64,000 nt of DNA, from positions 12,951-76,950 of the forward strand of contig JBJMWI010000143.1 in the NCBI GenBank assembly GCA_045810225.1. The letters run 5' to 3'. The translations under genes were made by a program, and so were the position numbers. The notes below the pieces were generated by a model. The model did no database searches. It was not told the DNA's origin and saw only the letters and a program-made list of their open reading frames with translations. Shown here in pieces: positions 1 to 11,718 of this stretch (its first letter is position 1; every line of letters begins with the position of its first letter). Source of the stretch: Burkholderiales bacterium. Lineage in GTDB: Bacteria; Pseudomonadota; Gammaproteobacteria; Burkholderiales; JACQAP01.

Positions 1-179
1 GCCGAGCTGCGCAGGAGTGTGGCGTCAAGAATCTGGAAGTGCGCATCAAAGGCCCGGGTCCGGGGCGCGAATCCGCTGTGCGTGCTCTGAACGGAGTTGG
101 GTTCAAGATCACCAGCATCTCGGACGTGACCCCGGTGCCGCACAACGGATGCCGTCCGCCGAAGAAGCGCCGTATCTGA
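1..179 (+). CDS. rpsK: 30S ribosomal protein S11 (3' part, truncated by window edge)
   Basis: Frame from nt 3 reads ...[23 protein letters not shown]...[18 protein letters not shown], the S11 C-terminus; lies directly upstream of rpsD. Confidence 0.97.
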   Translation, partial: RAAQECGVKNLEVRIKGPGPGRESAVRALNGVGFKITSISDVTPVPHNGCRPPKKRRI

Positions 180-194
180 ACCAAGGAGATTGCT

Positions 195-821
195 GTGGCA
201 AGGAATCTAGACCCGAAGTGCCGTCAATGCCGCCGAGAAGGCGAAAAGCTTTTTCTAAAAGGCGAAAAATGTTTCGGCGACAAGTGTTCCATCGAGCGCC
301 GCTCATATGCGCCTGGCCAGCATGGACAGAAGAATCTGCGCCGTTCTGACTACGGTACACAGCTGCGCGAAAAGCAGAAGATCCGCCGTATTTACGGAAT
401 GCTGGAGCGCCAGTTCCGCAATACCTACAAGCTTGCGGCGCGCGCGAAGGAAGTGACAGGCGAGGCGCTGCTGCAAATGCTGGAAAGCCGGCTGGATACC
501 GTGGCCTATCGGATGGGATTCGGTTCTTCGCGTACCGAGGCTCGGCAAGTGGTGCGCCATAACGGCATTTTGGTCAATGGCAAACGGGTCAACATCCCGT
601 CATACCAGGTGCGTCCAGGAGACGCTGTAGAAGTGGTCGAAGGTGCGAAATCGCAGTTGCGCATCAAGGGCGCCGTGGCAGCGGCAGAAGGCCGTGGCTT
701 TCCGGAGTGGATCGAGGTGGACACCAAGGCCCTCAAAGGGACTTTCAAGGCCAAGCCACAACGCTCTGAGCTGCCTTCCACCATAAATGAATCGCTGGTG
801 GTGGAACTGTATTCGAAGTAA
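195..821 (+). CDS. rpsD: 30S ribosomal protein S4 (Cys-containing, zinc-ribbon type)
   Basis: [23 protein letters not shown]...PGQHG...LESRLD...VVELYSK; RBS AAGGAG before the GTG start; alpha-operon order. Confidence 0.98.
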   Translation: MARNLDPKCRQCRREGEKLFLKGEKCFGDKCSIERRSYAPGQHGQKNLRRSDYGTQLREKQKIRRIYGMLERQFRNTYKLAARAKEVTGEALLQMLESRLDTVAYRMGFGSSRTEARQVVRHNGILVNGKRVNIPSYQVRPGDAVEVVEGAKSQLRIKGAVAAAEGRGFPEWIEVDTKALKGTFKAKPQRSELPSTINESLVVELYSK

Positions 822-919
822 TGCAACACGGTGATGCGGCCGGCCGCTGTCTTCCGGGACCGGCTGGGCCGCGTGTTTTTATTACGGACGTCCCGAATTC
901 AATCTAGAGGGTCACGTTT

Positions 920-1894
920 ATGCAAAGCAGCTTTCTGAAGCCGCGAATCATTGATGTACAAACCATCTCCGCCTTCCATGCGAAGGTTACGATGGAGCCG
1001 TTCGAACGCGGTTATGGCCATACCCTCGGTAATGCCCTGCGCCGGGTGCTGCTGTCGTCAATGCCCGGCTTCGCGCCTACCGAAGTCAAGATCAACGGCG
1101 TACTGCACGAGTATTCCACCATTGACGGTGTGCAGGAGGATGTCGTTGATATCCTGCTCAATCTGAAGGGTATCGTGCTGAAATTGCACAATCGCGATGA
1201 AGTCGTTCTTAATCTCAAGAAGCAGGGAGAGAACGTAGTTACCGCGGGTGACATTGAAGGGTCGCACGACGTGGAAATCATCAATCCGGAACATGTCATT
1301 GCGCATCTTGCCCCCGGCGGCAAGCTCGACATGCAGATCAAAGTGGAAGGCGGCCGCGGCTACGTCCCCGCTACGACGCGTGCATTGGTGAAGGAAGGCC
1401 GGACCATCGGTAACATTATGGTGGACGCTTCATTCAGCCCGGTGAAGCGGGTCAGCTATGCGGTTGAATCGGCGCGCGTGGAACAGCGCACCGACCTCGA
1501 TAAATTAATCATGGATATTGAAACCAACGGTGTGGTCGAGCCTGAGGAAGCCATTCGCTACGCCGCTCGCATACTGGTGGATCAATTGTCACTGTTTGCA
1601 GATTTAAAGGGAACGCCAGCGCCGATCGAGCAACCAAAAGCTCCGCAGGTCGATCCAATTCTGCTGCGTCCGGTGGACGATCTGGAGCTTACGGTGCGTT
1701 CGGCAAACTGCCTCAAGGCGGAAAATATTTATTACATTGGCGATCTGATACAACGCACCGAAACGGAGTTGCTGAAGACGCCGAACCTGGGCCGCAAATC
1801 GCTAAATGAGATCAAGGAAGTTCTTGCTTCGCGCGGGCTGACGCTCGGTATGAAACTCGAAAACTGGCCGCCGGTCGGACTCGAAAAGGTTTAA
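920..1894 (+). CDS. rpoA: DNA-directed RNA polymerase subunit alpha
   Basis: [32 protein letters not shown], alpha-[17 protein letters not shown]...[11 protein letters not shown]. Confidence 0.99.
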   Translation: MQSSFLKPRIIDVQTISAFHAKVTMEPFERGYGHTLGNALRRVLLSSMPGFAPTEVKINGVLHEYSTIDGVQEDVVDILLNLKGIVLKLHNRDEVVLNLKKQGENVVTAGDIEGSHDVEIINPEHVIAHLAPGGKLDMQIKVEGGRGYVPATTRALVKEGRTIGNIMVDASFSPVKRVSYAVESARVEQRTDLDKLIMDIETNGVVEPEEAIRYAARILVDQLSLFADLKGTPAPIEQPKAPQVDPILLRPVDDLELTVRSANCLKAENIYYIGDLIQRTETELLKTPNLGRKSLNEIKEVLASRGLTLGMKLENWPPVGLEKV

Positions 1895-1905
1895 GGGGAT
1901 AGGAA

Positions 1906-2298
1906 ATGCGTCACCAACTCGGATTGCGAAAGCTAAACCGCACCAGCAGCCATCGGCTCGCCATGCTGCGCAACATGACGAATTCATTGTTGAGGCACGA
2001 GGTCATTAAAACCACGCTGCCGAAGGCGAAGGAACTTCGCCGCGTGGCCGAGCCTATCATCACGCTTGCCAAAAAACCTTCGCTGGCCAACCGGCGTTTG
2101 GCTTTTTCGCGCCTGCGCGACCGCGAAATGGTGCTCAAGCTGTTCAACGAACTCGGGCCTCGCTTCGCAAACCGCAGCGGGGGTTACCTGCGCATCCTTA
2201 AATTCGGTTTTCGGCAGGGCGATAACGCTCCAATGGCGCTGATCGAATTGCTCGACCGTCCGGAAATTACGGAAGAACCCAAGGCCGCGAAGAGCTGA
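1906..2298 (+). CDS. rplQ: 50S ribosomal protein L17
   Basis: [24 protein letters not shown]...[12 protein letters not shown]...GGYLRILK. Confidence 0.98.
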   Translation: MRHQLGLRKLNRTSSHRLAMLRNMTNSLLRHEVIKTTLPKAKELRRVAEPIITLAKKPSLANRRLAFSRLRDREMVLKLFNELGPRFANRSGGYLRILKFGFRQGDNAPMALIELLDRPEITEEPKAAKS

Positions 2299-2320
2299 TC
2301 AAGACGCACACTGATCTATT

Positions 2321-2349
2321 AAAAAGCCGGGCTCACCCGGCTTTTTTTT
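2321..2349. terminator. Bidirectional rho-independent terminator between convergent rplQ and uvrA
   Basis: AAAAAGCCGGG-CTCA-CCCGGCTTTTTTTT hairpin with an A-tract before and a T-tract after. Confidence 0.9.
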
Positions 2350-2354
2350 GCCGG

Positions 2355-5204
2355 CTAGCCGGCGGCAAGCCGCTTAGGTACGGGCTTGTGGCCAATCACC
2401 TGGCTCAGATAGCGGCCGGTATACGAAGAGGCATCATTTGCGATGGTTTCCGGTGTCCCCTGCGCAATGACGCATCCGCCTCCATCGCCGCCCTCCGGCC
2501 CGAGATCGATAACCCAATCGGCCGTCTTCACGACATCCAGATTGTGCTCGATCACCACGACGGTGTTGCCGCGGTCGCGAAGCCGGTGCAGCACCGCAAG
2601 CAACAAATCGATGTCGTGAAAATGCAATCCCGTGGTGGGCTCGTCAAGGATGTACAACGTACGCCCGGTGTCGCGCTTCGATAGTTCCAATGCAAGTTTT
2701 ACGCGCTGCGCCTCACCGCCCGACAAGGTCGTCGCACTTTGTCCGAGGCGGATGTAGCCCAATCCGACGTCCAGCAGCGTCTCCAGCTTGCGCGCGAGGA
2801 CGGGAACAGCGTTTAGAAAATCTCGCGCCTGCTCAACCGTCATATCGAGTACCTCGTAAATGTTCCGGGCCTTATACTGGACCTCCAAGGTCTCACGGTT
2901 GTAGCGTTTGCCGTGACACACGTCGCACGTTACATAGATGTCCGGCAAGAAGTGCATCTCCACTTTAAGCACGCCGTCACCCTGGCACGCCTCGCACCGC
3001 CCACCTTTGACGTTGAAGGAAAAACGACCCGCTCCGTAGCCGCGTTCGCGCGCCATTGGCACGCCTGCGAACAAATCGCGGATCGGTGTGAACAAGCCGG
3101 TGTAGGTCGCGGGATTGGAACGCGGCGTGCGTCCGATCGGACTTTGATCCACGTTGACGACCTTGTCGAAAAATTCCAGTCCCTGTATTTCGTCGTGCGC
3201 CGCCGATTCTGCAGTGCTGCCGTACAAATGCTGGGCCACGGCGTTGTACAGAGTGTCGTTGATGAGTGTCGATTTGCCGGACCCGGAGACGCCTGTTATA
3301 CACACCAGCAATCCCACCGGCAGTTCAAGATTCACATTTTTCAGATTATTGCCACGCGCCCCCAGCAGCCGCAGCACCTGGTTGGGTTGCGGAGTGTGTC
3401 GCAAGGACGGCATTGCAATACGTCTAGTACCGGATAAATATTGTCCGGTAAGGGATTCCGAACTTGCGGCGATATGAGCTGGCGTTCCTTCAGCGACGAT
3501 GCGTCCGCCGTGCACGCCGGCACCGGGGCCCATGTCGACAACAAAGTCCGCACTCCGAATGGCATCCGCATCATGTTCCACCACTATGACCGAGTTGCCG
3601 AGATCTCGAAGATCCTGCAAAGTCTTCAGCAAACGATCGTTGTCCCGCTGGTGCAGGCCAATCGACGGTTCGTCGAGCACGTACATTACGCCCGTCAATC
3701 CTGAGCCAATTTGCGAAGCCAGCCGGATACGTTGTGATTCGCCGCCAGAAAGCGTGTCCGCTGCGCGATCAAGGGCAAGGTAATCCAGGCCGACGTTGAC
3801 TAAAAACTGCAACCGCTTGCTAATTTCCTGCACGATCCTTTCCGATATCGCAAGCTTTGCTCCGGATAACCTCATCTGCTGAAAAAACTGCTGTGCCAGC
3901 TTCAGCGGCAATGCGCTGATTTCGAAGATCGCCTTGCCGGCAACGAACACATTGCGTGCTTCGCGCCGCAGCCGCGTGCCGTTGCAGTCAGGACATGGCT
4001 GACTGGCGACATATTTGGTCAGCTCTTCACGTACGGCCGCCGAATCTGTTTCCCTGTAACGCCTTTCCAGGGTTGGCAAAATACCTTCGAATGGATGTTC
4101 GCGCTGGTACTTATTGCCGCGCTCACCGACGTAGACGAACCGCACCTTTTCGCGGCCGGTGCCATACAGAATCAATTTGCGCACGTCTTCGGGAAGTTGT
4201 TCGAATGGTGCGTCAATGTCGAAACCGTACTGCCGGGCAAGGCTGCCAATCATTTCAAAATAGAATTGATTGCGTTTGTCCCAACCTTTTATCGCGCCGG
4301 CAGCCAACGACATGTGCGGAAATGCAACAACGCGTTTTGGGTCGAAAAAAATTATCTGTCCCAAACCGTCGCAGCGCGGACATGCCCCCATCGGGTTGTT
4401 GAACGAGAATAGCCTTGGCTCCAGTTCGGCCAGCGAATAACTGCAGATCGGGCAGGCGAACCTGGACGAAAACAGATGTTCCTTCCCGTTATCCATTTCC
4501 ACCGCCAGCGCACGCCCATCGGCGTGGCGCAGCGCAGTTTCGAACGATTCGGCGAGGCGCTGTTGCAAGTCTGCGCGCACTTTGAGGCGATCGATAACGA
4601 TTTCGATTGTGTGCTTCCTGGTCTTGGAAAGTTTTGGGACACTATCGATATCAGAGACTTTTCCATCGACGCGCACGCGCACAAAGCCCTGTGCACGCAA
4701 CTCGTCGAACAAATCCAGATTTTCGCCTTTGCGCTCGGCAACCAGCGGCGCAAGAATCATGAGGCGCGAGTCTTCCGGGAATTGCAGGACGTGGTCCACC
4801 ATTTGAGAGATGCTTTGCGCCGACAACGGCTCGCCGTGGTCAGGGCAATGCGGTTCCCCCACACGGGCATACAGCAGCCGAAGATAATCGTGGATCTCCG
4901 TGACCGTGCCAACGGTTGAACGAGGATTATGGCTGGTTGCTTTCTGTTCAATGGAAATGGCCGGTGACAAACCTTCAATCAAATCCACGTCCGGTTTTTC
5001 CATCAACTGCAGAAATTGTCTTGCGTAAGCCGACAATGATTCGACATAGCGGCGTTGGCCTTCGGCGTACAGCGTATCGAAAGCAAGCGACGACTTGCCC
5101 GACCCCGACAAGCCGGTAATCACGATCAAGCGGTTGCGCGGCAGATCGAGATTGATGTTTTTGAGGTTGTGTGTGCGTGCGCCGCGCACGCGAATGAAAT
5201 CCAT
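2355..5204 (-). CDS. uvrA: Excinuclease ABC subunit A
   Basis: [10 protein letters not shown], two Walker A motifs ([18 protein letters not shown]), LSGGE signatures, Zn fingers CPRC/CEAC. Confidence 0.99.
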   Translation of the reverse strand: MDFIRVRGARTHNLKNINLDLPRNRLIVITGLSGSGKSSLAFDTLYAEGQRRYVESLSAYARQFLQLMEKPDVDLIEGLSPAISIEQKATSHNPRSTVGTVTEIHDYLRLLYARVGEPHCPDHGEPLSAQSISQMVDHVLQFPEDSRLMILAPLVAERKGENLDLFDELRAQGFVRVRVDGKVSDIDSVPKLSKTRKHTIEIVIDRLKVRADLQQRLAESFETALRHADGRALAVEMDNGKEHLFSSRFACPICSYSLAELEPRLFSFNNPMGACPRCDGLGQIIFFDPKRVVAFPHMSLAAGAIKGWDKRNQFYFEMIGSLARQYGFDIDAPFEQLPEDVRKLILYGTGREKVRFVYVGERGNKYQREHPFEGILPTLERRYRETDSAAVREELTKYVASQPCPDCNGTRLRREARNVFVAGKAIFEISALPLKLAQQFFQQMRLSGAKLAISERIVQEISKRLQFLVNVGLDYLALDRAADTLSGGESQRIRLASQIGSGLTGVMYVLDEPSIGLHQRDNDRLLKTLQDLRDLGNSVIVVEHDADAIRSADFVVDMGPGAGVHGGRIVAEGTPAHIAASSESLTGQYLSGTRRIAMPSLRHTPQPNQVLRLLGARGNNLKNVNLELPVGLLVCITGVSGSGKSTLINDTLYNAVAQHLYGSTAESAAHDEIQGLEFFDKVVNVDQSPIGRTPRSNPATYTGLFTPIRDLFAGVPMARERGYGAGRFSFNVKGGRCEACQGDGVLKVEMHFLPDIYVTCDVCHGKRYNRETLEVQYKARNIYEVLDMTVEQARDFLNAVPVLARKLETLLDVGLGYIRLGQSATTLSGGEAQRVKLALELSKRDTGRTLYILDEPTTGLHFHDIDLLLAVLHRLRDRGNTVVVIEHNLDVVKTADWVIDLGPEGGDGGGCVIAQGTPETIANDASSYTGRYLSQVIGHKPVPKRLAAG

Positions 5205-5285
5205 TCGATGAATGAGTGTTTGGTCAACCTGTTAATATACTGCACTTCAAAAGCGTTTCCCAACCGCTGTTCAGCACAGTCCAGA

Positions 5286-6653
5286 ATGCCGCCATCAGAC
5301 CGCATGACGCACCGCGAGTTGCGCGCCAGCTTTGGACTGGCCGGCATTTTTGGATTGCGCATGCTGGGCATGTTTATCATCCTGCCCGTGTTTGCGCTGT
5401 ACGCGGCGAAACTGCCTGGCGGGAGCAGCCATACCATGGTTGGAATCGCGCTGGGCGCCTATGGGCTCACGCAAGCGACTTTGCAGGTGCCGTTCGGCTG
5501 GTTGTCGGACCACTGGGGACGCAAGCGTACGATTTACCTCGGTTTGGTGATTTTCGCGGCAGGAAGCTTTATCGCCGCGCTGGCGCAAAACATACAACTG
5601 ATCATCTTGGGTCGGATAATCCAGGGCGCTGGAGCTATTTCCGCAGCGGTGATTGCACTGGCCGCCGATTTGACACGCGAAGACCAACGTACCAAGGCCA
5701 TGGCGATCATCGGCATGACGATCGGGGCTGCGTTCGTGCTGTCCATGGCTGCAGGGCCCGTACTCGATCGCTTCATCGGTGTCTCGGGCATATTCGCATT
5801 GACCGGATTCCTGGCCATTGGAGCGCTGTTCGTCACGCGCATGGTGGTACCGGAGCCTGACCAAACCGGTGCGATAAAAATACCGGCCCAGCAGGCCTCG
5901 TTGCAGTCTGTGTTACGCGACACGCAACTGCTGCGGCTCAACTACGGCATATTCGCGCTGCACGGAACTCTGATGGCTCTGTTCGTGGTGGTGCCATTCG
6001 CGCTGCAGGCCCATTTGCCATCCAGCAGTCATTGGCACGTTTATCTGCCTGTCATGATGGGCTCCATCGTGATCATGTTTCCCGCCATGCTTCTCGCAGA
6101 ACGCAAATCACTGCAAAAGCCGGTATTCATCTGCTCGCTGGCGGTATTGATAAGCGCACTTGGTTTACTAATGTTTTCCGGTCGAGCATTGTTCCCGCTG
6201 GTGACCGGTCTGCTGTTTTTCTTTGCGGCATTCAATCTGCTGGAGGCAACGCTGCCGTCGATGATCTCCAAGCTGGCTCCAGCCGGCGCGAGAGGCACGG
6301 CCATAGGCGTTTACAGCTCGGTGCAATTTATCGGCACGTTTGTGGGTGCAGCATGCGGCGGCTGGTTGTCGCAGCATTTCGGTGCCTCGGCCGTATTCGG
6401 CTTTTGCGGCACACTGGCTATTATCTGGTTGCTGCTGGCCTTCGGTATGCGAGTGCCGCGTAATTTCGAGACACGCTGGTATCAGTTGCCACGTGCAGAC
6501 ACGAGAATGCTTTCCGGACTGGTGCACGGCCTGTCGGCATTGCCCGGGGTAGCGGAAGTCAACCTTGGCGGCGACGGAGTAGCGTACCTTAAAGTGGACA
6601 GCAACAGCTTCGACGAACAAAATGTCATCAAACTACTGGCTGGGGAGACTTGA
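5286..6653 (+). CDS. MFS transporter, YajR-like, with C-terminal soluble (YAM-like) domain
   Basis: LRMLGMFIILPV, motif A GWLSDHWGRK, ~12 hydrophobic segments, C-terminal AYLKVD domain; uvrA-MFS-ssb synteny; start moved to ATG 5286 (5304 is an alternative). Confidence 0.88.
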   Translation: MPPSDRMTHRELRASFGLAGIFGLRMLGMFIILPVFALYAAKLPGGSSHTMVGIALGAYGLTQATLQVPFGWLSDHWGRKRTIYLGLVIFAAGSFIAALAQNIQLIILGRIIQGAGAISAAVIALAADLTREDQRTKAMAIIGMTIGAAFVLSMAAGPVLDRFIGVSGIFALTGFLAIGALFVTRMVVPEPDQTGAIKIPAQQASLQSVLRDTQLLRLNYGIFALHGTLMALFVVVPFALQAHLPSSSHWHVYLPVMMGSIVIMFPAMLLAERKSLQKPVFICSLAVLISALGLLMFSGRALFPLVTGLLFFFAAFNLLEATLPSMISKLAPAGARGTAIGVYSSVQFIGTFVGAACGGWLSQHFGASAVFGFCGTLAIIWLLLAFGMRVPRNFETRWYQLPRADTRMLSGLVHGLSALPGVAEVNLGGDGVAYLKVDSNSFDEQNVIKLLAGET

Positions 6654-6656
6654 GCA

Positions 6657-7127
6657 ATGGCTTCGGTAAATAAAGTGATCCTGATCGGCAACCTTGGGCG
6701 CGATCCAGAGGTGCGTTACATGCCTAGCGGCGACGCGGTGGCCAATATCACTATCGCTACCACTGAAACGTGGAAAGACAAGGGTGGTGAGAAACAGGAA
6801 CAGACCGAATGGCACCGGGTGGCCATGTTTGGCAAAACCGCCGAAATTGCGGGCGAATACTTGAAAAAGGGCTCGCAAGTCTATATTGAAGGCAAGCTGC
6901 AGACGCGTAAATGGACCGACAAGGAAGGCCAGGAACGCTATACGACGGAGATCCGTGCCGATCGCATGCAAATGCTCGGTTCACGTTCGGGTGGATCGGA
7001 AAGAATGCCACCCGTCGAGGAAGAAGCGCCTTCCCGTTCGTCGACCGCTCCTGCAAAGAAAGCCCCTACCGCCGCAGCGGGCAAGGGAAGTGGGTTTGAT
7101 GACCTGGAAGACGACATCCCGTTCTAG
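6657..7127 (+). CDS. ssb: Single-stranded DNA-binding protein
   Basis: [21 protein letters not shown]...[10 protein letters not shown]...acidic tail DDIPF. Confidence 0.99.
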   Translation: MASVNKVILIGNLGRDPEVRYMPSGDAVANITIATTETWKDKGGEKQEQTEWHRVAMFGKTAEIAGEYLKKGSQVYIEGKLQTRKWTDKEGQERYTTEIRADRMQMLGSRSGGSERMPPVEEEAPSRSSTAPAKKAPTAAAGKGSGFDDLEDDIPF

Positions 7128-7310
7128 ATGCTGCGTGCCGGTTGGCAGTCGCTGTTGGAAGGAATTTTGGTGCGAGGGGTGACACTAAAGATCTCAAGTC
7201 GTCGAGCGCCGCGGAAATTCACCGGCGTTTCACGGAAGCGAGACTATGAAAAAGATTTTTCGGCTGCAACTTGAATGCAGTAATTTGGAACCCTGCAAGA
7301 GAATACTGCC

Positions 7311-10300
7311 ATGACTTTGGCCAGCGTCACGCTTGACGACAAATACATTCTGCAATCGGGACGTGTGTTCCTGACTGGCACGCAGGCGTTGGTGCGCCTG
7401 CCGATCATGCAGCACTTGCGCGACCGCGCGGCTGGCATTACTTCGGGGTGCTACATCTCGGGATATCGCGGTTCACCGCTCGGCGGATTGGACCAGCAGC
7501 TCTGGGCGGCGGGCAAGCACCTTGCCGCGCACAACATTGTCTTCCAGCCAGGCGTCAATGAAGACTTGGCGGCCACCGCGTGTTGGGGCACGCAACAGGC
7601 CCACCTCGACGGGGACAACAAGTATGACGGCGTATATGCCATGTGGTACGGCAAGGGGCCGGGTGTGGACAGGACCGGAGATGCGTTCCGCCATGGCAAC
7701 CTGGCCGGCTCGGCAGCCCTTGGCGGTGTGGTTTGCCTGATGGGTGACGACCACACCTGCGAGTCTTCGACCACGGCACACCAAAGCGAATTTGCCATGG
7801 TGGATGCCATGATGCCGATTCTGAATCCGGCCGGCGTGCAGGAACTGCTTGATTACGGTCTTTATGGCTGGGCGCTGTCGCGCTATTCAGGTTGTTGGGT
7901 AGGCCTTAAATGCATGAAAGACACGATTGATGCGAGCGCTTCAGTCAATGTCGATCCCGCACGCGTACGCATTGCCGTTCCTACCGATTTCAAGATGCCG
8001 GAAGGCGGACTTAATATCCGCTGGCCGGATGCGCCCCTCGAGCAGGAAGCGCGGCTGCACACGTATAAGCTCGAAGCGGCAAAGGCGTTTGCCCTAAGCA
8101 ATGGGCTGGATCAGATCATAATGGATTCGCCGAATGCCAGGCTTGGCATCGCAACCTGCGGCAAATCCTACATGGATGTGCGCCAGGCCTTGCAATACCT
8201 TGGCATTGACGAGGGTGAAGCGGCCCGCTTGGGCCTGCGCGTGTACAAGATTGGCATGCCGTGGCCGCTCGAGCCAAGCAAGGCAGCGCAATTCGCACAA
8301 GGCCTGGAAAAAATAATTGTCGTAGAAGAAAAGCGCGGATTGGTTGAGCCGCAACTGAAAGAGGTTCTGTACGGGAAGCCGGACGCGCCGCAGATAGTCG
8401 GCAAGCATGATGAAGCTGGCAAGATCCTGTTCCGGTCCAACGCAGCACTTGACCCTAACGAGATTGCGGTTGCCATCGGACGCCGGTTGCTGGTGCGGGT
8501 GAGCGATGCGCAGCTTGCCGCTTGCGTCGCCGAACAGGAACGGTTGCAAGCGCGCGTGCTGGAAAAACCGGCAATGGATCGCACGCCGTATTTTTGTTCT
8601 GGTTGCCCGCACAGCACGGGTACGCGGGTGCCGGAAGGTTCGCGCGCTCTGGCGGGAATCGGTTGTCATTTCATGGCGCAGTTCATGGACCGCAGTACCG
8701 CCGGCTATACCCAGATGGGCGGAGAAGGTGCGAGCTGGGTTGGTGAAGCACCGTTCGTCAAGACGGCGCACATGTTCCAGAACATCGGTGATGGAACCTA
8801 CTACCACTCCGGACTTCTTGCAGTGCGCGCTGCTGCCGCTTCGGGCGTGAATGTCACATTCAAGATCCTCTACAACGATGCGGTTGCAATGACCGGCGGG
8901 CAACATGTCGATGGGCCACTCACGGTGCCGCAGATCACGCTGCAGGTACATGGGGAAGGCGCCAAGAAAATTGCAGTAGTGACCGACGAGCCGGAAAAAT
9001 ATTCCTCCAGCGCTGAATGGGCGCCAGGAGTGACCATTCACCATCGCGACGACTACGATCAGGTACAGCGCGAATTCCGCGAAATTCCGGGTTTGTCAGT
9101 CATTATCTATGATCAGACTTGTGCCGCCGAAAAACGTCGGCGTCGCAAGCGCAATCAGTATCCGGATCCGGCCAAGCGCGCGTTCATCAATGATCTGGTA
9201 TGCGAAGGTTGCGGAGACTGCGGGGTCAAATCAAATTGCGTATCGGTACTGCCTCTGGAGACCGAATTCGGTCGCAAGCGCATGATCGACCAGTCATCCT
9301 GCAACAAGGATTTCTCGTGCGTGAAAGGATTCTGCCCGAGCTTTGTCACGGTGCATGGCGGGGGTGTGCGCAAGGGCCAAAGCGCGCCGGCCGGGCAGAA
9401 CGTCGAAGCGTTGTTCGCGGCGGTTCCGGAACCGGATCTGCCAAAGCTGGAGCAGCCGTACGGCATCATGGTGACCGGCGTTGGTGGCACCGGTGTGGTG
9501 ACGATCGGCGCAATCGTTGGCATGGCGGCGCATCTCGAGAACAAGGGATTCGGCGCGCTAGACATGGCCGGGCTTGCGCAGAAGGGCGGCGCGGTCTGGA
9601 GTCATCTACAAATCGCATCACGCCCGGAAGACATCAAGACGGTGCGTCTGGGGTCCGGTGGAGCAAAACTGGTGCTCGGCTGTGATTTCGTTGTTTCAGC
9701 AAGCCAGAAAACCATGGATACCACGCGTGCCGGCACGCGCATGGTCGTGAACACACATCAGCAGATGACTGGAGAGTTTACGCGCAACGCGAACATGCTT
9801 TTTCCCGGGCAGTCGCTGAGGCGGACCATCACCAAAGGCGTGGGCGACCAGAATGCCGAATTCGTGGACGCAACGCGAATTGCGACCGCATTGTTGGGGG
9901 ATTCCATTGCCACCAATCTGTTGATGCTCGGCTTCGCGTTCCAGCGCGGATTGGTCCCGGTCTCTGCGCAAGCGATCAACAAGGCCATCGAACTGAATGG
10001 CGCAGCAGTCAAAATGAACCAGGCCGCCTTCATGTGGGGCCGCCGTGCAGCGGTCGATCTCCCTGCTGTAGAGCGACTCATCGCCCCGAAGACTCAGGTC
10101 TCGACAACCACGCGCATTTCGCAGACGCTTGATGAACTAATTGCCCGGCGCGTTGCGTTCCTGACCAGTTATCAAGATGCGCAGTACGCCGATAAGTACC
10201 GCAAACTGGTCGACAAGGTGCGGCATGCAGAATTGGCGCGCACCAAGGGCCTTAGCGGACTTGCTGAAGCGGTTGCGCGTTATTACTTCAAGCTGCTCGC

Positions 10301-10781
10301 CTATAAAGACGAGTACGAAGTGGCACGCTTGTACGCTGATCCCGCATTCATGCAGAACATCAAATCGCAGTTCGAAGGCGACTACAAACTGCATTTTCAT
10401 CTAGCGCCGCCGCTGGTTGCGAAACGCGATCCAGTTACCGGCGAGTTGCGCAAGGCAGAATACGGAAACTGGGTCTTCCTGGTATTCAAACTGCTTTCCA
10501 GATTGCGCGGGTTGCGCGGCACCCCGTTTGATATTTTTGGCTATACCCAAGAGCGCCGCATGGAACGCCGGCTGATAGGCGAGTACGAGGCCACGATAGG
10601 GCGACTGATAGACACATTGAGCAATAGCAATCATGCCCTAGCTGTAAAAATCGCATCGATCCCGGAGGACATCCGGGGTTATGGGCACATCAAGGAAAAC
10701 AGCCGCAAGATCGCTGCGGCGAAGCAGGCCGAGCTGATGACTCAATTTGAGTCGCAACAAGCGGTACGCTCTGCGGCATAG
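7311..10781 (+). CDS. Indolepyruvate:ferredoxin oxidoreductase family protein, fused alpha-beta single-chain type
   Basis: ISGYRGSPLGG, WYGKGPGVDR, FCSGCPH, TPP motif GDGTYYHSG...N, 4Fe-4S CEGCGDC and CNKDFSCVKGFCP, GVGGTGVVT gamma-like domain, C-terminal AYKDEYEVARL. Confidence 0.93.
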   Translation: MTLASVTLDDKYILQSGRVFLTGTQALVRLPIMQHLRDRAAGITSGCYISGYRGSPLGGLDQQLWAAGKHLAAHNIVFQPGVNEDLAATACWGTQQAHLDGDNKYDGVYAMWYGKGPGVDRTGDAFRHGNLAGSAALGGVVCLMGDDHTCESSTTAHQSEFAMVDAMMPILNPAGVQELLDYGLYGWALSRYSGCWVGLKCMKDTIDASASVNVDPARVRIAVPTDFKMPEGGLNIRWPDAPLEQEARLHTYKLEAAKAFALSNGLDQIIMDSPNARLGIATCGKSYMDVRQALQYLGIDEGEAARLGLRVYKIGMPWPLEPSKAAQFAQGLEKIIVVEEKRGLVEPQLKEVLYGKPDAPQIVGKHDEAGKILFRSNAALDPNEIAVAIGRRLLVRVSDAQLAACVAEQERLQARVLEKPAMDRTPYFCSGCPHSTGTRVPEGSRALAGIGCHFMAQFMDRSTAGYTQMGGEGASWVGEAPFVKTAHMFQNIGDGTYYHSGLLAVRAAAASGVNVTFKILYNDAVAMTGGQHVDGPLTVPQITLQVHGEGAKKIAVVTDEPEKYSSSAEWAPGVTIHHRDDYDQVQREFREIPGLSVIIYDQTCAAEKRRRRKRNQYPDPAKRAFINDLVCEGCGDCGVKSNCVSVLPLETEFGRKRMIDQSSCNKDFSCVKGFCPSFVTVHGGGVRKGQSAPAGQNVEALFAAVPEPDLPKLEQPYGIMVTGVGGTGVVTIGAIVGMAAHLENKGFGALDMAGLAQKGGAVWSHLQIASRPEDIKTVRLGSGGAKLVLGCDFVVSASQKTMDTTRAGTRMVVNTHQQMTGEFTRNANMLFPGQSLRRTITKGVGDQNAEFVDATRIATALLGDSIATNLLMLGFAFQRGLVPVSAQAINKAIELNGAAVKMNQAAFMWGRRAAVDLPAVERLIAPKTQVSTTTRISQTLDELIARRVAFLTSYQDAQYADKYRKLVDKVRHAELARTKGLSGLAEAVARYYFKLLAYKDEYEVARLYADPAFMQNIKSQFEGDYKLHFHLAPPLVAKRDPVTGELRKAEYGNWVFLVFKLLSRLRGLRGTPFDIFGYTQERRMERRLIGEYEATIGRLIDTLSNSNHALAVKIASIPEDIRGYGHIKENSRKIAAAKQAELMTQFESQQAVRSAA

Positions 10782-10824
10782 CGGCCGAACAGCGCAGTCC
10801 GCGACCAAAGCGCACGACCCGAGA

Positions 10825-11577
10825 TCAGGCAAACCCGGGCGGAATAATATCCAACTGGTCCGTAACTAGCGCATCTACGCCGCATTCCAGCAAATCGACT
10901 GCCGTCTCCGAATCATTGACCGTATAGGTCAGCACACCCCGACCTGATTCGTGGACGGCTCTTACTAGATGCGTGCTCACATGCTCATAGCTGACATGCA
11001 GCGCAACGCACTGCAGCCGTTCAAGTTGCGCAAGCCAGTTTTGCGGTGGTTCGACCACCAAAAGGGCTCGAGGCAGATCGGGTGATTCCACCGCCGCGGC
11101 TTCCAGCGCAAGGGGCGAAAACGAGGACAGCAGGGGGGGCGGATGTGCGCCGCTCCACAGCAGCTTTGCCATGCGAGAGACCACTTCCCCTGTCTGCCGT
11201 TCGAAACCGGGGCTGGGCTTGATTTCGATGTTGGCCCAGATGCCGTTTTGCCGGCAGAGGGCAGACGCGGCTGCGAAACTGGGAACGGGTTCGCCGCTGA
11301 ATTCGTTGCCGAACCAGCCGCCCGCGTCAAGCTTGGCGATATCCTGATAACCCGACTCTTCCACTAGTCCCAGTCCATTCGTAGTGCGCTCAAAGGTGTC
11401 ATCGTGCATTAGTAACGCAACCCCATCCGCGCTCAACTTGACATCGATTTCGATCCCGCTGTAGCCGAAATTGCGCGCCATTCGGATCCCCGCCAAGGTA
11501 TTTTCCGGCGCAAGGACACCCCCTGCGCGATGGGCAATGATGCGTGGATATGGCCAGAACGGTCGCTGACTGCTCAT
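10825..11577 (-). CDS. ugpQ: Glycerophosphodiester phosphodiesterase
   Basis: IIAHRAGG..APENTL, EIDVKLS.DG..LMHD, NIEIK, YTVN, LVTD. Confidence 0.9.
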   Translation of the reverse strand: MSSQRPFWPYPRIIAHRAGGVLAPENTLAGIRMARNFGYSGIEIDVKLSADGVALLMHDDTFERTTNGLGLVEESGYQDIAKLDAGGWFGNEFSGEPVPSFAAASALCRQNGIWANIEIKPSPGFERQTGEVVSRMAKLLWSGAHPPPLLSSFSPLALEAAAVESPDLPRALLVVEPPQNWLAQLERLQCVALHVSYEHVSTHLVRAVHESGRGVLTYTVNDSETAVDLLECGVDALVTDQLDIIPPGFA

Positions 11578-11718
11578 GTTTCAAAACCAGAATGGGATGC
11601 CCGATTATAGCCATCCAATCTATCGCTAAACGGCGGAACCGAAATTCCAACCTCTCATCCAGGGGCGTCGTTGCTGGTCTGATACGGTATAATTTCCGTT
11701 GTTTTTGTGAGAGATAAC

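Noticed and set aside
5229-5244. Possible LexA/SOS box upstream of uvrA (CTGTTAATATACTGCA)
   Set aside because: Does not fit CTG-N10-CAG on either strand; only a half-site resemblance.
5055-5285. Long N-terminal extensions in the ORF track (MFS, lutC, gluQ, HugZ-like, enolase, RNase, yceI, marR and others)
   Set aside because: They overlap neighbouring genes or precede the recognisable family N-terminus; downstream starts with an RBS or stop-start coupling fit better.
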